Shown here: positions 9,638-19,340 of the stretch, piece by piece
Layout of the letters: every line of letters starts with the position of its first letter
How positions within the stretch are numbered: the stretch's first letter is position 1
Assembly: GCA_024644595.1 (NCBI GenBank)
Contig: JAHEHL010000002.1
Location: forward strand, 15,741-79,740
Direction of reading: 5' to 3'
Length of the DNA: 64,000 nucleotides
Source of the DNA: Porticoccaceae bacterium
Lineage (GTDB): Bacteria > Pseudomonadota > Gammaproteobacteria > Pseudomonadales > Porticoccaceae
The notes under the pieces: model-generated
The model's database searches: none
What the model saw: the letters and a program-made list of their open reading frames with translations, nothing else
What the model was told of the DNA's origin: nothing
Position numbers and translations under genes: made by a program

Positions 9638-11071
9638 TTACCCGCCGACAGGCTGTTCGGCGACAGTCGAGCCAAAGCCGTGGTAGTCAGCGATGGCCAG
9701 ACCCGCAGCCACACTGGTGAACGGATCATGCTCAACCACCTTTCCAGGGAACTGATTGTCGAGAATATCTTTCACCGCAGGAATTAATGAAGAGCCGCCG
9801 GTACGTAGCACCAGATCGATATCGCCCGCCACGACGCCCGCTTTATCGAGAATAAGGGTAATCGCCTGTTCCAGCTCAAACAACAGATCGGAGATCATCA
9901 GCTCGAACTCCCAGCGCTCGAGTGTGACTTCAATGTCGATCTCCGGAATATCTAACACTGCGTAATCGGCAACCGAAAGCTCGGCTTTAAAGACTTTGAT
10001 CGCCTCAAACACCTGGTAGCTGTAATTCTGTTTAATCAGATCATAGAGTCGGCGGAATTTGATCGAGCCCTCATCGGCCTCTTCCATGCGCAGCATCACA
10101 GGAGCGGTGTATTTGTTCTGATTGAGCATATAACTGATCGGCCAATTGATCAGCAGCTCTTCAAAATCGGCAAACGGAAAGAGCGTATCAACCTCGGATC
10201 CATCGACAGTCCGCCGCCAGCGCTCTCCTTTGCCTAGCAGTGGAAACACTAGCTCGCGAAAAATACACTGATCAATCTTGTCACCACCCAACGCAATGCC
10301 ATGGGTGGCCACCACGTTAAAGTCACTGCCTTCACGGCGCAGAATACAAAAATCCAGAGTGCCGCCACCGAAATCAACGGTCAACATCAGCTGGTCACGG
10401 CTGTGGGGATGGTTGTACAGATAACTAATCGCCGCTGCAGTGGGCTCCGGACAGAACGTTTGCTCGACAATGCCGGCATGACGATAGGATTCACTCAGCC
10501 TCTCCAGGGCGACATTATTGCGCCCCTGCTCCAGCCCCTCAAAGTTGACCGGATGACCAATACAGGCATGACTGCTGTCAGCAACACTCAGCTGCAACGC
10601 TTTGCGAATGCCAACTAAAATCGGCGTAACCAATGCCACCAGGCGAAAGGGGCGCGAAAAAATAACCGTTTTATCGCTGGCAGTATTACCCAGCAAACGC
10701 TTGGTGCCGCGAAACAGTCGCCCCGGCAGCCCGGCATCATTAAATGCCTGGCCGAAAACCTTGCTGGTCTCGGATTCACTGGCAGGTCCATCTGCCGTAC
10801 CGGCAGAGGTTCGCGCCTCACCGATCAACTCGGCACTGAGCTCGACCTTGCGGCCCTGATTATCACTGATGTAATCGTCGATAGCAGGCTGGCCGATAGT
10901 CGAGAAAAAATCCCGATCAATATAATTGGCCGACGGCATAATCGGATTGAGCTGGCTCAACTGAACCAGCTTCACGCGTTCACCATCAAAAACCGCAGCG
11001 GCACTGTTACTGGTGCCAAAGTCGATACCAATGCCGTGTTTGAGTGGCAAATCAGAGCTGTTTTTTTGCAT
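9638..11071 (-). CDS. Hsp70-family ATPase (YegD-like, non-canonical DnaK paralogue)
   Basis: 477-aa ORF with actin/Hsp70 ATPase motifs GIDFGTSNSAAAV, DFGGGTLDF and LRTGGSSLIPAV. Too short to carry a full DnaK substrate-binding domain with lid. Confidence 0.8.
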   Translation of the reverse strand: MQKNSSDLPLKHGIGIDFGTSNSAAAVFDGERVKLVQLSQLNPIMPSANYIDRDFFSTIGQPAIDDYISDNQGRKVELSAELIGEARTSAGTADGPASESETSKVFGQAFNDAGLPGRLFRGTKRLLGNTASDKTVIFSRPFRLVALVTPILVGIRKALQLSVADSSHACIGHPVNFEGLEQGRNNVALERLSESYRHAGIVEQTFCPEPTAAAISYLYNHPHSRDQLMLTVDFGGGTLDFCILRREGSDFNVVATHGIALGGDKIDQCIFRELVFPLLGKGERWRRTVDGSEVDTLFPFADFEELLINWPISYMLNQNKYTAPVMLRMEEADEGSIKFRRLYDLIKQNYSYQVFEAIKVFKAELSVADYAVLDIPEIDIEVTLERWEFELMISDLLFELEQAITLILDKAGVVAGDIDLVLRTGGSSLIPAVKDILDNQFPGKVVEHDPFTSVAAGLAIADYHGFGSTVAEQPVGG

Positions 11072-11254
11072 GAAAGAAGATCACAGAAAGACCAAAGATA
11101 GGCCTATTTTAGCCTAATTGAGTCGCCTAGATTAGCGATAATTACATTGATTTAGCCCGCAATCGAGAAAAATATCACCCCCACAAAAGAACCAAAAGCC
11201 TGTAAACTTAGAAAAAATTCTGGTCCATAAAAACAATAACCACAGGGATCCTCC

Positions 11255-12526
11255 ATGCTCCGCTCAATTGCCCCAGGTGCTCTACAGCAGCGCCACAAAC
11301 TCGTCATGCTCTCAATGGTGGCCGTATTTATTTGCTATATCGACCGCATCGCCATGTCTGTCACTATTATTCCCATGGCCGAACAATACGGCTGGGGCCC
11401 CGAGACACAGGGACGCGTATTGTCATCATTTTTTGTCGGCTATCTGCTGCTGCAAATCCTTGGTGGCACCCTGTCAGATCGTTTTGGCGGCAAAGTCGTG
11501 CTCGGTGTTGGCGTCTTGCTGTGGTCACTGTTTACTGTGTTGACTCCCCTTGCGGCGTCGTTTGGGCTGGCCATACTGATTCTCAACCGGATATTCATGG
11601 GCATGGGCGAAGCCGTTACCTACCCCTCAATTTACAGCCTGCTGGCACGCTGGGTGCCGCAATCCGAGCGCGCTCGAGCAATGGGTGCCATTAATAGCGG
11701 CATTCCGCTGGGCACCGTAGTTGCATTGGTTATCACACCGCTTATTGTTCAAGCCTATGGATGGGAAATGGTGTTTTACAGTTATGGCTTACTTGGCGTG
11801 CTGTGGTTTGTATTCTGGCAATCGACCTCCTCCGAGCCTAGCACTCATCCGCACATCAGCCCTGAAGAATTGGCCCACATTCAAGCAGAAGGCGAACCCA
11901 GCAAAGCCGAGACCGCACCGCCGATACTGCAGCTGTTAAAAAGCCCCGCCGTATTAGCCATCATGGTCGCGCACTTCTGCAATAACTGGTCGCTATTTCT
12001 ACTGCTGACCTGGCTGCCGACCTTTATTAACAAAGGGCTGGGCGTGGATTACGCCTCAGTCGGTTACTTCACCATGGTGCCATTTATTATCTCGGTGCTG
12101 TTCTACAATATCTCCGGCAATATCGCCGACCGCATGATTAAGGGCGGTATGGCTGTAGTTAAAGTGCGCAAAATCATGCAGTCCGTCAGCCTCGGCGGTA
12201 TGGCCGCAACCATGATGGTGGTGGGGTACGCCGAAAGCGTGTGGGTCGCCATCGGGATTATGACCCTCGGCAATATTCTCGGCTCCGCAGCCATCGGCGG
12301 ATTTGTGGTCAACCATATGGATATTGCACCCAAATATGCCGGCACGCTGATGGGCATTACCAACACCATGGCCGCGATCCCGGGCATTATTGGTGTCTAT
12401 GCCGCAGGCTACATTCTCGAAGCAACCGGTTCATGGGTCATGGTGTTCCAGCTAGCCGGTGCGGTATCGTTGTTTGGCATGCTGTTTTATCTGATATTTG
12501 CCAGTGCTGACAAGCAGTTTGATTAG
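11255..12526 (+). CDS. MFS transporter, anion:cation symporter (ACS)-like
   Basis: 423-aa ORF with about 12 hydrophobic segments. GGTLSDRFGGK loop between TM2 and TM3. Confidence 0.8.
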   Translation: MLRSIAPGALQQRHKLVMLSMVAVFICYIDRIAMSVTIIPMAEQYGWGPETQGRVLSSFFVGYLLLQILGGTLSDRFGGKVVLGVGVLLWSLFTVLTPLAASFGLAILILNRIFMGMGEAVTYPSIYSLLARWVPQSERARAMGAINSGIPLGTVVALVITPLIVQAYGWEMVFYSYGLLGVLWFVFWQSTSSEPSTHPHISPEELAHIQAEGEPSKAETAPPILQLLKSPAVLAIMVAHFCNNWSLFLLLTWLPTFINKGLGVDYASVGYFTMVPFIISVLFYNISGNIADRMIKGGMAVVKVRKIMQSVSLGGMAATMMVVGYAESVWVAIGIMTLGNILGSAAIGGFVVNHMDIAPKYAGTLMGITNTMAAIPGIIGVYAAGYILEATGSWVMVFQLAGAVSLFGMLFYLIFASADKQFD

Positions 12527-12641
12527 AGGCCTCAAGGCGAAACGCAGCGACATGGAGAGATCCCTCAACTGCGCTCCGGATGACAGGTTTTGTAAAACAT
12601 GCTCAAATAAGGCTTAGAACAAAAACAAAAAGAATCTCACT

Positions 12642-13472
12642 ATGAAAGTCACCCCCTACTCGGAAAACTGTGGAGCCGTGGTCAGCGAACTTCAGCTTGC
12701 CACCCTAGACGACAACCAACTGGCAGAACTGCGCGCCGTGTTTGCCGAATACGGGCTGTTGTTTTTCCGTGATCAGGACTTGCCACCACAGGAACATCTG
12801 CGTTTTGCCCAGCGCTTTGGCACTATCGTGGTGAATAAATTTTTCAAGACCAGCGAAGAGTCACCACTGATCGCCGAAGTGCGCAAAGAGAAAGACCAGC
12901 AGACCAATATTGGTGGTGGTTGGCACACCGACCATTCCTATGACGAGATTCCCGCACTGGGCTCAATTCTGGTTGCGCGAACGCTGCCAACTAGCGGCGG
13001 TAACACGCAGTTTGCCAATCTGGCCGCGGCCTACGACGCCATGCCCGACGACCTCAAAAAACGCATTGAAGGACTGCGCGCAATTCACTCCAACAAGCAC
13101 CTATATGGTGAGAACGGCCTCTACCGACTAACTGATCTGGCCAGCCAACTGGGCGGAATGGATCGTGTTGGCGATGCCACGCATCCGGTCGTCATTCGCC
13201 ACCCAGAAAGTGGTCGCAAAGTGCTCTACGTCAATCCCGGACACACAATTCAATTTGAGGACTGGGACTTTGCCGAAAGCCGCAAGCTACTCGACGAACT
13301 CTATATGCATGTCGCACAGCCACAATTCACCTGCAGCTTTAACTGGCTGCCCGGCTCCGTCACCTTCTGGGACAATCGCTGCACCTGGCATCAGGCGGAC
13401 AATGATTATCAAGGTCAGATGCGACTGATGCACCGCATTACCTTGCAAGGCAGTGAGTTAGCAGCGGCGTAA
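12642..13472 (+). CDS. TauD/TfdA family Fe(II)/2-oxoglutarate-dependent dioxygenase
   Basis: 276-aa ORF. GGGWHTDHSY provides the HxD iron ligands, and a distal His lies in a WDNRCTWHQA-type motif. Confidence 0.85.
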   Translation: MKVTPYSENCGAVVSELQLATLDDNQLAELRAVFAEYGLLFFRDQDLPPQEHLRFAQRFGTIVVNKFFKTSEESPLIAEVRKEKDQQTNIGGGWHTDHSYDEIPALGSILVARTLPTSGGNTQFANLAAAYDAMPDDLKKRIEGLRAIHSNKHLYGENGLYRLTDLASQLGGMDRVGDATHPVVIRHPESGRKVLYVNPGHTIQFEDWDFAESRKLLDELYMHVAQPQFTCSFNWLPGSVTFWDNRCTWHQADNDYQGQMRLMHRITLQGSELAAA

Positions 13473-13499
13473 CCTTGCCGATACTGGCATAATCCCTCT

Positions 13500-13670
13500 A
13501 TGCCAACCATGCGTAAAAAATCTGACCTGCCGAGCAAGATCTGCCTGGCCTGCGAGCGCCCATTTGTCTGGCGCAAAAAATGGCAGCGCTGCTGGGACGA
13601 AGTGCGATACTGCTCCGTGCGTTGTAAATCTGACGCCCGAAAATCATCTATTAAAAGTCCCGACCTATGA
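13500..13670 (+). CDS. DUF2256-type small zinc-ribbon protein (56 aa)
   Basis: Below the ORF-track size cut-off. My own translation is MPTMRKKSDLPSKICLACERPFVWRKKWQRCWDEVRYCSVRCKSDARKSSIKSPDL. It has CxxC...CxxxC motifs, and its stop overlaps the next start in ATGA (13667-13670). Confidence 0.7.
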   Translation: MPTMRKKSDLPSKICLACERPFVWRKKWQRCWDEVRYCSVRCKSDARKSSIKSPDL

Positions 13671-14674
13671 CCTCTTCACCCGCCCCGCAAAACACTCTCA
13701 ACGCTGATATTGTGATTATTGGCGCCGGCCTTGCCGGACTCAGTGCGGCCAACAAATTGCATCAGGCAGGCCTTGAGGTACTGGTTATCGATAAAGGTCG
13801 TGGCCTCGGTGGACGTCTGGCTGGCAGAAGAATTGGCGACGCCACGTTTGACCATGGTGCGCAGTTTATGACCGCCAGAGACCCGGACTTTCAAACCCAT
13901 GTCGCAGAGTGGATCAATGCCGGCGTCGCCGAAGAGTGGTACAGCAGCTATCCCGGGCAGGCAAATGGCCATCCACGCTATCGCGGCGTGCCCACCATGA
14001 CGGCTATCGCGAAATATCTGGCTATCGATATCGATGTCCGCCGCGCGACACGCGTTGAAAGCATCGATCAGCACGGGCAGACCTGGCTCTGCCGGCTCGA
14101 CAGCGGTGAAACAATCAGCTCAAAGGGTTTGCTAATCACCTCGCCAGTCCCGCAGACCATCGACCTGTTGGCCTCAGGGAATATTAAGATCTCTGCCAGC
14201 CATCGCGCACGTCTGGAAAAAATTGCCTATGAAAGCTGCATTGCAGTAATGGCAGTGCTCGATGGCCCGACCTCAATCGCGGCGCCAGGCGCCATCGCCT
14301 TCGACACCGGGCCAATCGCCTGGATCAGCGACAACCAGCAGAAAGGTGTCTCCAATATTCCCGCGGTGACCATTCATGGCAGTGGCGCCTTTAGCGCCGA
14401 GCACTTTGAACAGGACCGCATGCAGGCAGGTCAGCAGTTAATCGATGCCGCGGCAGCGTATCTTGGCGACGCCAGGGTCACCGAATATCAGGTGCATGGA
14501 TGGCGTTACAGTAAACCCTCAGTGGTTGACGATCACGCCTGTCTGTTATTGAGCAAGGCGACGGCACTGCCGCCACTTGCACTGGCCGGCGACGCCTTTG
14601 CCGGGCCGCGCTTTGAAGGCGCAGTGTTGTCTGGCTGGGCTGCCGCTGAGAGCTTGGTTGCCGAGTTAACGTAA
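13667..14674 (+). CDS. NAD(P)/FAD-dependent oxidoreductase (amine-oxidase/renalase-like fold)
   Basis: 335-aa ORF with the dinucleotide-binding motif DIVIIGAGLAGLSAA...VLVIDKGRGLGGR. Confidence 0.75.
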   Translation: MTSSPAPQNTLNADIVIIGAGLAGLSAANKLHQAGLEVLVIDKGRGLGGRLAGRRIGDATFDHGAQFMTARDPDFQTHVAEWINAGVAEEWYSSYPGQANGHPRYRGVPTMTAIAKYLAIDIDVRRATRVESIDQHGQTWLCRLDSGETISSKGLLITSPVPQTIDLLASGNIKISASHRARLEKIAYESCIAVMAVLDGPTSIAAPGAIAFDTGPIAWISDNQQKGVSNIPAVTIHGSGAFSAEHFEQDRMQAGQQLIDAAAAYLGDARVTEYQVHGWRYSKPSVVDDHACLLLSKATALPPLALAGDAFAGPRFEGAVLSGWAAAESLVAELT

Positions 14675-14731
14675 ACCGATCCTAATTGGCTATACTGGGC
14701 GCTCAATTTTAACCACCAATAGTCATCCATT

Positions 14732-15304
14732 ATGTCTGATCTTCATGCCCGCAGCGGCTCTGCCTGCGAACTCTGCGCCAACACTGAAAACCTGAGTGCC
14801 TATGCGGTACCACCTGATAGCGACGGCAGCACTGAGCAATCACTGTTAGCCTGTAACAGGTGCCAGGATCAAATCAACAATCCAGATAATATCGACATCA
14901 ATCACTGGCGCTGCCTCAATGACAGCATGTGGTCGCAAGTGCCCGCCGTGCAGGTTGTGGCGTGGCGTATGTTGACCCGCCTCAGCGCCGAGGGCTGGCC
15001 GCAGGAATTGCTGGAAATGCTCTATCTCGACGATAAGACCCTGGCTTGGGCAAAGGCGACGGGCGAAGGCCAGTCTGACGCTGACACAGTAGTGCACAAA
15101 GACAGTAATGGCGCCGTGCTCAGTGCCGGTGATACAGTGACGCTAATCAAGGATCTGGATGTAAAAGGCACCAGCTTTGTCGGCAAACGCGGCACCGCTG
15201 TGCGCAATATTTCACTGGTTCAGGACAACCCCGAACAGATAGAAGGCCGAGTCAACGGCACACAGATTGTGATCTTAACCAAGTTTGTAAAGAGGGCGAA
15301 CTAA
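14732..15304 (+). CDS. phnA: PhnA-domain zinc-ribbon protein
   Basis: 190-aa ORF. N-terminal CELC...CNRC zinc ribbon and a conserved PhnA C-terminal domain (KDSNGAVLSAGDTVTLIKDLDVKG...IVILTKFVK). No phn operon is nearby. Confidence 0.8.
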   Translation: MSDLHARSGSACELCANTENLSAYAVPPDSDGSTEQSLLACNRCQDQINNPDNIDINHWRCLNDSMWSQVPAVQVVAWRMLTRLSAEGWPQELLEMLYLDDKTLAWAKATGEGQSDADTVVHKDSNGAVLSAGDTVTLIKDLDVKGTSFVGKRGTAVRNISLVQDNPEQIEGRVNGTQIVILTKFVKRAN

Positions 15305-16038
15305 TGGCTTCAACAGAACAAGAACTGCGCGTTCAACTCGCAGCATGCTATCGCATTTTTGACTATCTCGGCTGGTCAGAGATGATCTACAACCATATCA
15401 CCGTGAAACTGCCCGGTGACAAAGAGCACTTTTTAATCAATCCCTACGGCTTGCACTACAGTGAGGTGACCGCCTCAAACCTGGTCAAGGTCGATATCGA
15501 AGGCAATATCGTTGAGCCAACAGACTACGCCGTTAATCCGGCAGGCATCCTGATTCATACCGCCATTCATGCTGCACGACATGACGTAAAATGTATTACC
15601 CACACCCACACTTCTGCCGGGATGGCCGTAGCCTGTTCCGAAGAGGGGCTGCGCAGCGACAACTTCTATTCCGCGCTGTTACACAACCGCATTGCCTATC
15701 ATGACTTTGAAGGCATCACCGTAATGGATGATGAAAAACCGCGCCTGATCGCCAATATGGGCGACAAAAACATGCTGATTTTGCGCAACCATGGCCTGCT
15801 GACCTGCGGTCGGACAATTGCTGAAGCGTTTTATAACATGTGGGCAATGCAGCGCTCTTGCGAGATTCAGGTCGCCTGCGATGCAACCGGCCGACCACTG
15901 ATACCGGTGGCAGATGAAGTACTCGCGCGGTCAGAGCAGCTGATGCTAAAGCAGGGAATGGGCAACCCTGTCGGTGAGCTGGAGTTCAACGCACTGGTGC
16001 GCACAATGGACAGAATCGATCCGTCATATAAGGACTAG
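15304..16038 (+). CDS. Class II aldolase/adducin family protein
   Basis: 244-aa ORF with metal-binding His cluster ITHTHT. Its start codon begins at the last base of the phnA stop codon (1-nt overlap at 15304). Confidence 0.8.
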   Translation: MASTEQELRVQLAACYRIFDYLGWSEMIYNHITVKLPGDKEHFLINPYGLHYSEVTASNLVKVDIEGNIVEPTDYAVNPAGILIHTAIHAARHDVKCITHTHTSAGMAVACSEEGLRSDNFYSALLHNRIAYHDFEGITVMDDEKPRLIANMGDKNMLILRNHGLLTCGRTIAEAFYNMWAMQRSCEIQVACDATGRPLIPVADEVLARSEQLMLKQGMGNPVGELEFNALVRTMDRIDPSYKD

Positions 16039-16062
16039 GGGAAGGCAGGCTAAACAGCGACC

Positions 16063-16096
16063 GTGTTGGGGCACGTCGATACACACGCCCCAACAC
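16063..16096. terminator. Bidirectional hairpin between convergent genes
   Basis: GTGTTGGGGC-N14-GCCCCAACAC, a perfect 10-bp stem, between the aldolase stop (16038) and the acyl-CoA dehydrogenase stop (16110). Confidence 0.6.
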
Positions 16097-16109
16097 AGGT
16101 TCTACATCT

Positions 16110-17252
16110 CTACTTCATTAAGTCACGCGAAATAATCAGCTTCATAATCTCATTGGTACCACCATAAATACGCTGCACGCGCGCATCGGCGAAAGCACGC
16201 GCAACCGGGTATTCCCACATATACCCCCAGCCACCGTGCAACTGCAGACATTCATCAGCTACCCGACACTGCAAGTCTGTGGTCAATAGCTTCAGCTTGG
16301 ATGCCGTTACGGTGTCCAGCTGGTCTTCAATCAACAGCTCGGTACAGCGATCCAAGAAAACCTCTGCGGCGCTGACTTCTGCGGCCAGTTCAGCAAGCTT
16401 GAATTGTGTATTCTGGAAAGAACTTATCGTCGTGCCAAACGCCTTGCGGTCTTTGACATAGTCGATGGTCGACTGCAGCACACCCTGACACATACCGTTG
16501 GCGCTGACCGCAATAGACAGTCGCTCCTGTGGTAAATCCTGCATCAGATAGATAAAACCGCGGCCCTCTTCACCCAACAGATTCGCTTTCGGGATTCTGA
16601 CATCCTGGAAAAACAGTTCTGACGTATCCTGAGCCTTCATACCCAGCTTTTCGAGATTTTTACCCTTTGAGAAACCTGGCGTTCCGGCTTCAACCAAAAA
16701 TAAACTAATCCCTTTCGAGCCGGCATTGACGTCCGTTTTGGCTACCACGATCACCAGACCAGATTTCTGACCATTGGTAATAAAGGTCTTGGAACCATTG
16801 ATAACCCACTCATCACCGTCGAGAACCGCGGTGGTCTTGGTTCCCTGCAGATCAGATCCAGCACCGGGCTCGGTCATCGCAATTGCAGTGATCAACTCAC
16901 CGCTGACACAGCGGGGAAGGTAGCGCTGCTTCTGCTCTTCACTGCCATAGCGAACTAAATAAGGCACCGCGATATCCGAGTGCAACGTCCAGCCAAGTCC
17001 ACTGCAGCCCGCGCGACAAACCTCTTCATTAACAATGGCGTTATATCTGAAATCGACACCGACGCCGCCGTACTCTTCAGGAACAGTCGGTGCAAGAAAG
17101 CCCTGCTCACCGGCCTTCAACCAGATTTCGTCGCTGACCATGCCATCTTTTTCCCACTGCAGATGATGGGGAACAGCTTCGGTCTCGAGGAACTTGCGCA
17201 CAGAGTCGCGGAACATATCGTGGTCGGAATCGTACAGCTTGCGTGGAATCAT
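16110..17252 (-). CDS. Acyl-CoA dehydrogenase
   Basis: 380-aa ORF of typical ACAD length, with characteristic segments (TEPGAGSD, GGWGYMWEYPVARAFADARVQRIYGGTNEIMK). Confidence 0.9.
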   Translation of the reverse strand: MIPRKLYDSDHDMFRDSVRKFLETEAVPHHLQWEKDGMVSDEIWLKAGEQGFLAPTVPEEYGGVGVDFRYNAIVNEEVCRAGCSGLGWTLHSDIAVPYLVRYGSEEQKQRYLPRCVSGELITAIAMTEPGAGSDLQGTKTTAVLDGDEWVINGSKTFITNGQKSGLVIVVAKTDVNAGSKGISLFLVEAGTPGFSKGKNLEKLGMKAQDTSELFFQDVRIPKANLLGEEGRGFIYLMQDLPQERLSIAVSANGMCQGVLQSTIDYVKDRKAFGTTISSFQNTQFKLAELAAEVSAAEVFLDRCTELLIEDQLDTVTASKLKLLTTDLQCRVADECLQLHGGWGYMWEYPVARAFADARVQRIYGGTNEIMKLIISRDLMK

Positions 17253-17283
17253 AATTGGGTTCTCATTCTGTTTCGGTTGCTTT

Positions 17284-17303
17284 TAACGAACAACTTTTCG
17301 TTA
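17284..17303. promoter_or_regulatory. Inverted repeat upstream of the acyl-CoA dehydrogenase gene, candidate operator
   Basis: TAACGAA-N6-TTCGTTA, 32-51 bp upstream of the start at 17252. Function is inferred only. Confidence 0.25.
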
Positions 17304-17416
17304 GGTTGCACTAGCCGGTAATTATGCGCGATTGTGCATAGGCAAAACGCCATCGGCATGACAATTAGGGGCCTTTTGGTGACCACAGCGTTCCCATCTC
17401 CGGAGATAAAACGGCA

Positions 17417-17728
17417 TTAGACTATCTGGCCAACCCCAATAAAGACTAGCATCCCAGCGCCAATCGTCCAGTAAATATTGCCCGTTTTCCAGGCAGCGGC
17501 TATGGCTGCGGCCCCGCCCCAGAGATAGGGATTGGCAAGCGTTAACTGCAACTGACCACCACGCACCAACAAAATCGGCGCCAAAATGGCTGCCAAAACA
17601 CCCGGACCACTAAAGCTCAACAACAGGCGCATATTCGGCCCCAGGCGGATGGGTAATCGTTTTATCAGAAACAGATAGCGGGTGCCAAAGGTAACACAGG
17701 CAAGCAGCAAGATCGTCACAATGGTCAT
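17417..17728 (-). CDS. azlD: AzlD family branched-chain amino acid transport protein
   Basis: 103-aa, entirely hydrophobic ORF overlapping the azlC stop by 4 nt. Confidence 0.75.
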   Translation of the reverse strand: MTIVTILLLACVTFGTRYLFLIKRLPIRLGPNMRLLLSFSGPGVLAAILAPILLVRGGQLQLTLANPYLWGGAAAIAAAWKTGNIYWTIGAGMLVFIGVGQIV

Positions 17729-18426
17729 GCCAGCCCCCTTAACTTGCTGACAGTGAAACCGGCAGTCATCGCCAGCAATGCCGCACAGATCAGCCCTAAC
17801 TCAAAGTCCCAGAGGGTAAAGAGAATGGAGCTCACGGCTCCTGTGACCGCAGCGGCCAACATGGCGAGGGACTTGATACCCGGAACCACCAGCGCGATAA
17901 AGGTCGCGGCAATGGCAAAATCGAGGCCCAGATCAGTCAGATCCGGCAGCGAAGCACCCGCGACAATGCCGACAAAGGTCCACAAATTCCACGCTAGGTA
18001 AAAACTGCCGCCGGCAGCCAAACCGTAATAGAGTCGCACTTTGCCGGTGTAGGCACGGCGATGGCCGGACAGCGCAAACAGTTCATCGGTCAACAAAAAT
18101 CCCAGCGGAACTCGCCAGCGCAAAGGATGCTGAATCATGCGTTCACGCAGCGAAAGGCCATAGAGAAAATGCCGCGAACTGATCACAAACGCCGTAAATA
18201 AGACGGTTAGCAATGAACTGTTATCAGCGATTAACTCAACGGTGACAATCTGCACCGCGCCGCCGAAAATAATCCCGGAGAACATTTGCGCTTCAAGCCA
18301 GCTAAAGCCGCGTTGCACAGCCAGCGAGCCAAACAAAATACCCCAGGGCAAAACCGCCAAACTGAGCGGCAACATATCCACAATACCGCGAATTGTGGCG
18401 AGTTTAACCATACGAGATTTTTGCAT
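17725..18426 (-). CDS. azlC: AzlC family branched-chain amino acid exporter component
   Basis: 233-aa polytopic membrane ORF, paired with azlD in the canonical order. Confidence 0.8.
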   Translation of the reverse strand: MQKSRMVKLATIRGIVDMLPLSLAVLPWGILFGSLAVQRGFSWLEAQMFSGIIFGGAVQIVTVELIADNSSLLTVLFTAFVISSRHFLYGLSLRERMIQHPLRWRVPLGFLLTDELFALSGHRRAYTGKVRLYYGLAAGGSFYLAWNLWTFVGIVAGASLPDLTDLGLDFAIAATFIALVVPGIKSLAMLAAAVTGAVSSILFTLWDFELGLICAALLAMTAGFTVSKLRGLA

Positions 18427-18475
18427 CAGGCGCCGTTCTTTTTACACTTATCCAAACCCGTAATTCTAGTGCAAA

Positions 18476-19192
18476 TTACACAAATTTGCGCAGCAGCCAA
18501 GTTGGAGTCAGATCGACCAGTCGCGCCACCACGCCCCAGCGCTTGGTGATAAAGATATGATTCTTCTTTTTCAGCAACCCGCTAACCATCTGCGCCACAC
18601 CCTTTTCAACGGGTGCTGTCCATATCGGCGTGCCCTGCACCATAGGTGTCTTAACAAAACCCGGCTCAATCGTGGTGATGGTGATCGGCAGCCCAGACCG
18701 GATAGCCCGAGAACGCATCCCGGCAAGATAATTTGAAACAAATGCCTTGGTAGCATGATAAGTCAGGGTTTTAGCCCCAAACAAATGTGCGGCAACCGAC
18801 GAGATACCGGCCAAGTGCCCAGCGCCGCGCTGGGTAAAGTGAGCCATCGCCACCAGCGACAGTGCAGCAAACCCGCGAACATTAACGTCGATCATTTCAC
18901 GCTCAACCACCCAATCGAGATCGCGCTCAAACAATCCAACACCGGAGCTGAGAACAATCAGTTCAACATCACCCATTCGCGCAATCAGGTCCTCCAGCTC
19001 GCGCTGGGACTGCTCCGCATTGGTAACATCGGTCCTCTGCACAAAGTGCTTGCCGGGCAACTGCTCAACCAGCTGATTTAAAAGCTCCTCGCGACGCGCC
19101 ATCACACCAAGCTGATATCCTTTAGCCGCCAACTGCACGGCAAGCTCCCAACCCAGACCCGAACTGGCACCAACAATAATCGCTTGCTTCAT
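18476..19192 (-). CDS. Short-chain dehydrogenase/reductase (SDR)
   Basis: 238-aa ORF. IIVGASSGLG cofactor motif and catalytic YHATK (YxxxK). Confidence 0.85.
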   Translation of the reverse strand: MKQAIIVGASSGLGWELAVQLAAKGYQLGVMARREELLNQLVEQLPGKHFVQRTDVTNAEQSQRELEDLIARMGDVELIVLSSGVGLFERDLDWVVEREMIDVNVRGFAALSLVAMAHFTQRGAGHLAGISSVAAHLFGAKTLTYHATKAFVSNYLAGMRSRAIRSGLPITITTIEPGFVKTPMVQGTPIWTAPVEKGVAQMVSGLLKKKNHIFITKRWGVVARLVDLTPTWLLRKFV

Positions 19193-19340
19193 AAAATTTT
19201 CCTCGGTGCTGCGTTAAACAGCTTATGGTTATTGTGTTAAACAACCGCGGACCGCGGCTTAAAGGCAGGTAGTGTAACGAATAAAAGGAGATCTAGTCTG
19301 TTAAAAACGTAATCGACAGGCAGGCAGAAAAAAACAGCGA

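Noticed and set aside
19193-19340. CCGCGG-A-CCGCGG and other short palindromes in the SDR / hypothetical intergenic region
   Set aside because: They are too short and GC-simple to separate from chance or restriction-site-like sequence, and no supporting context exists.
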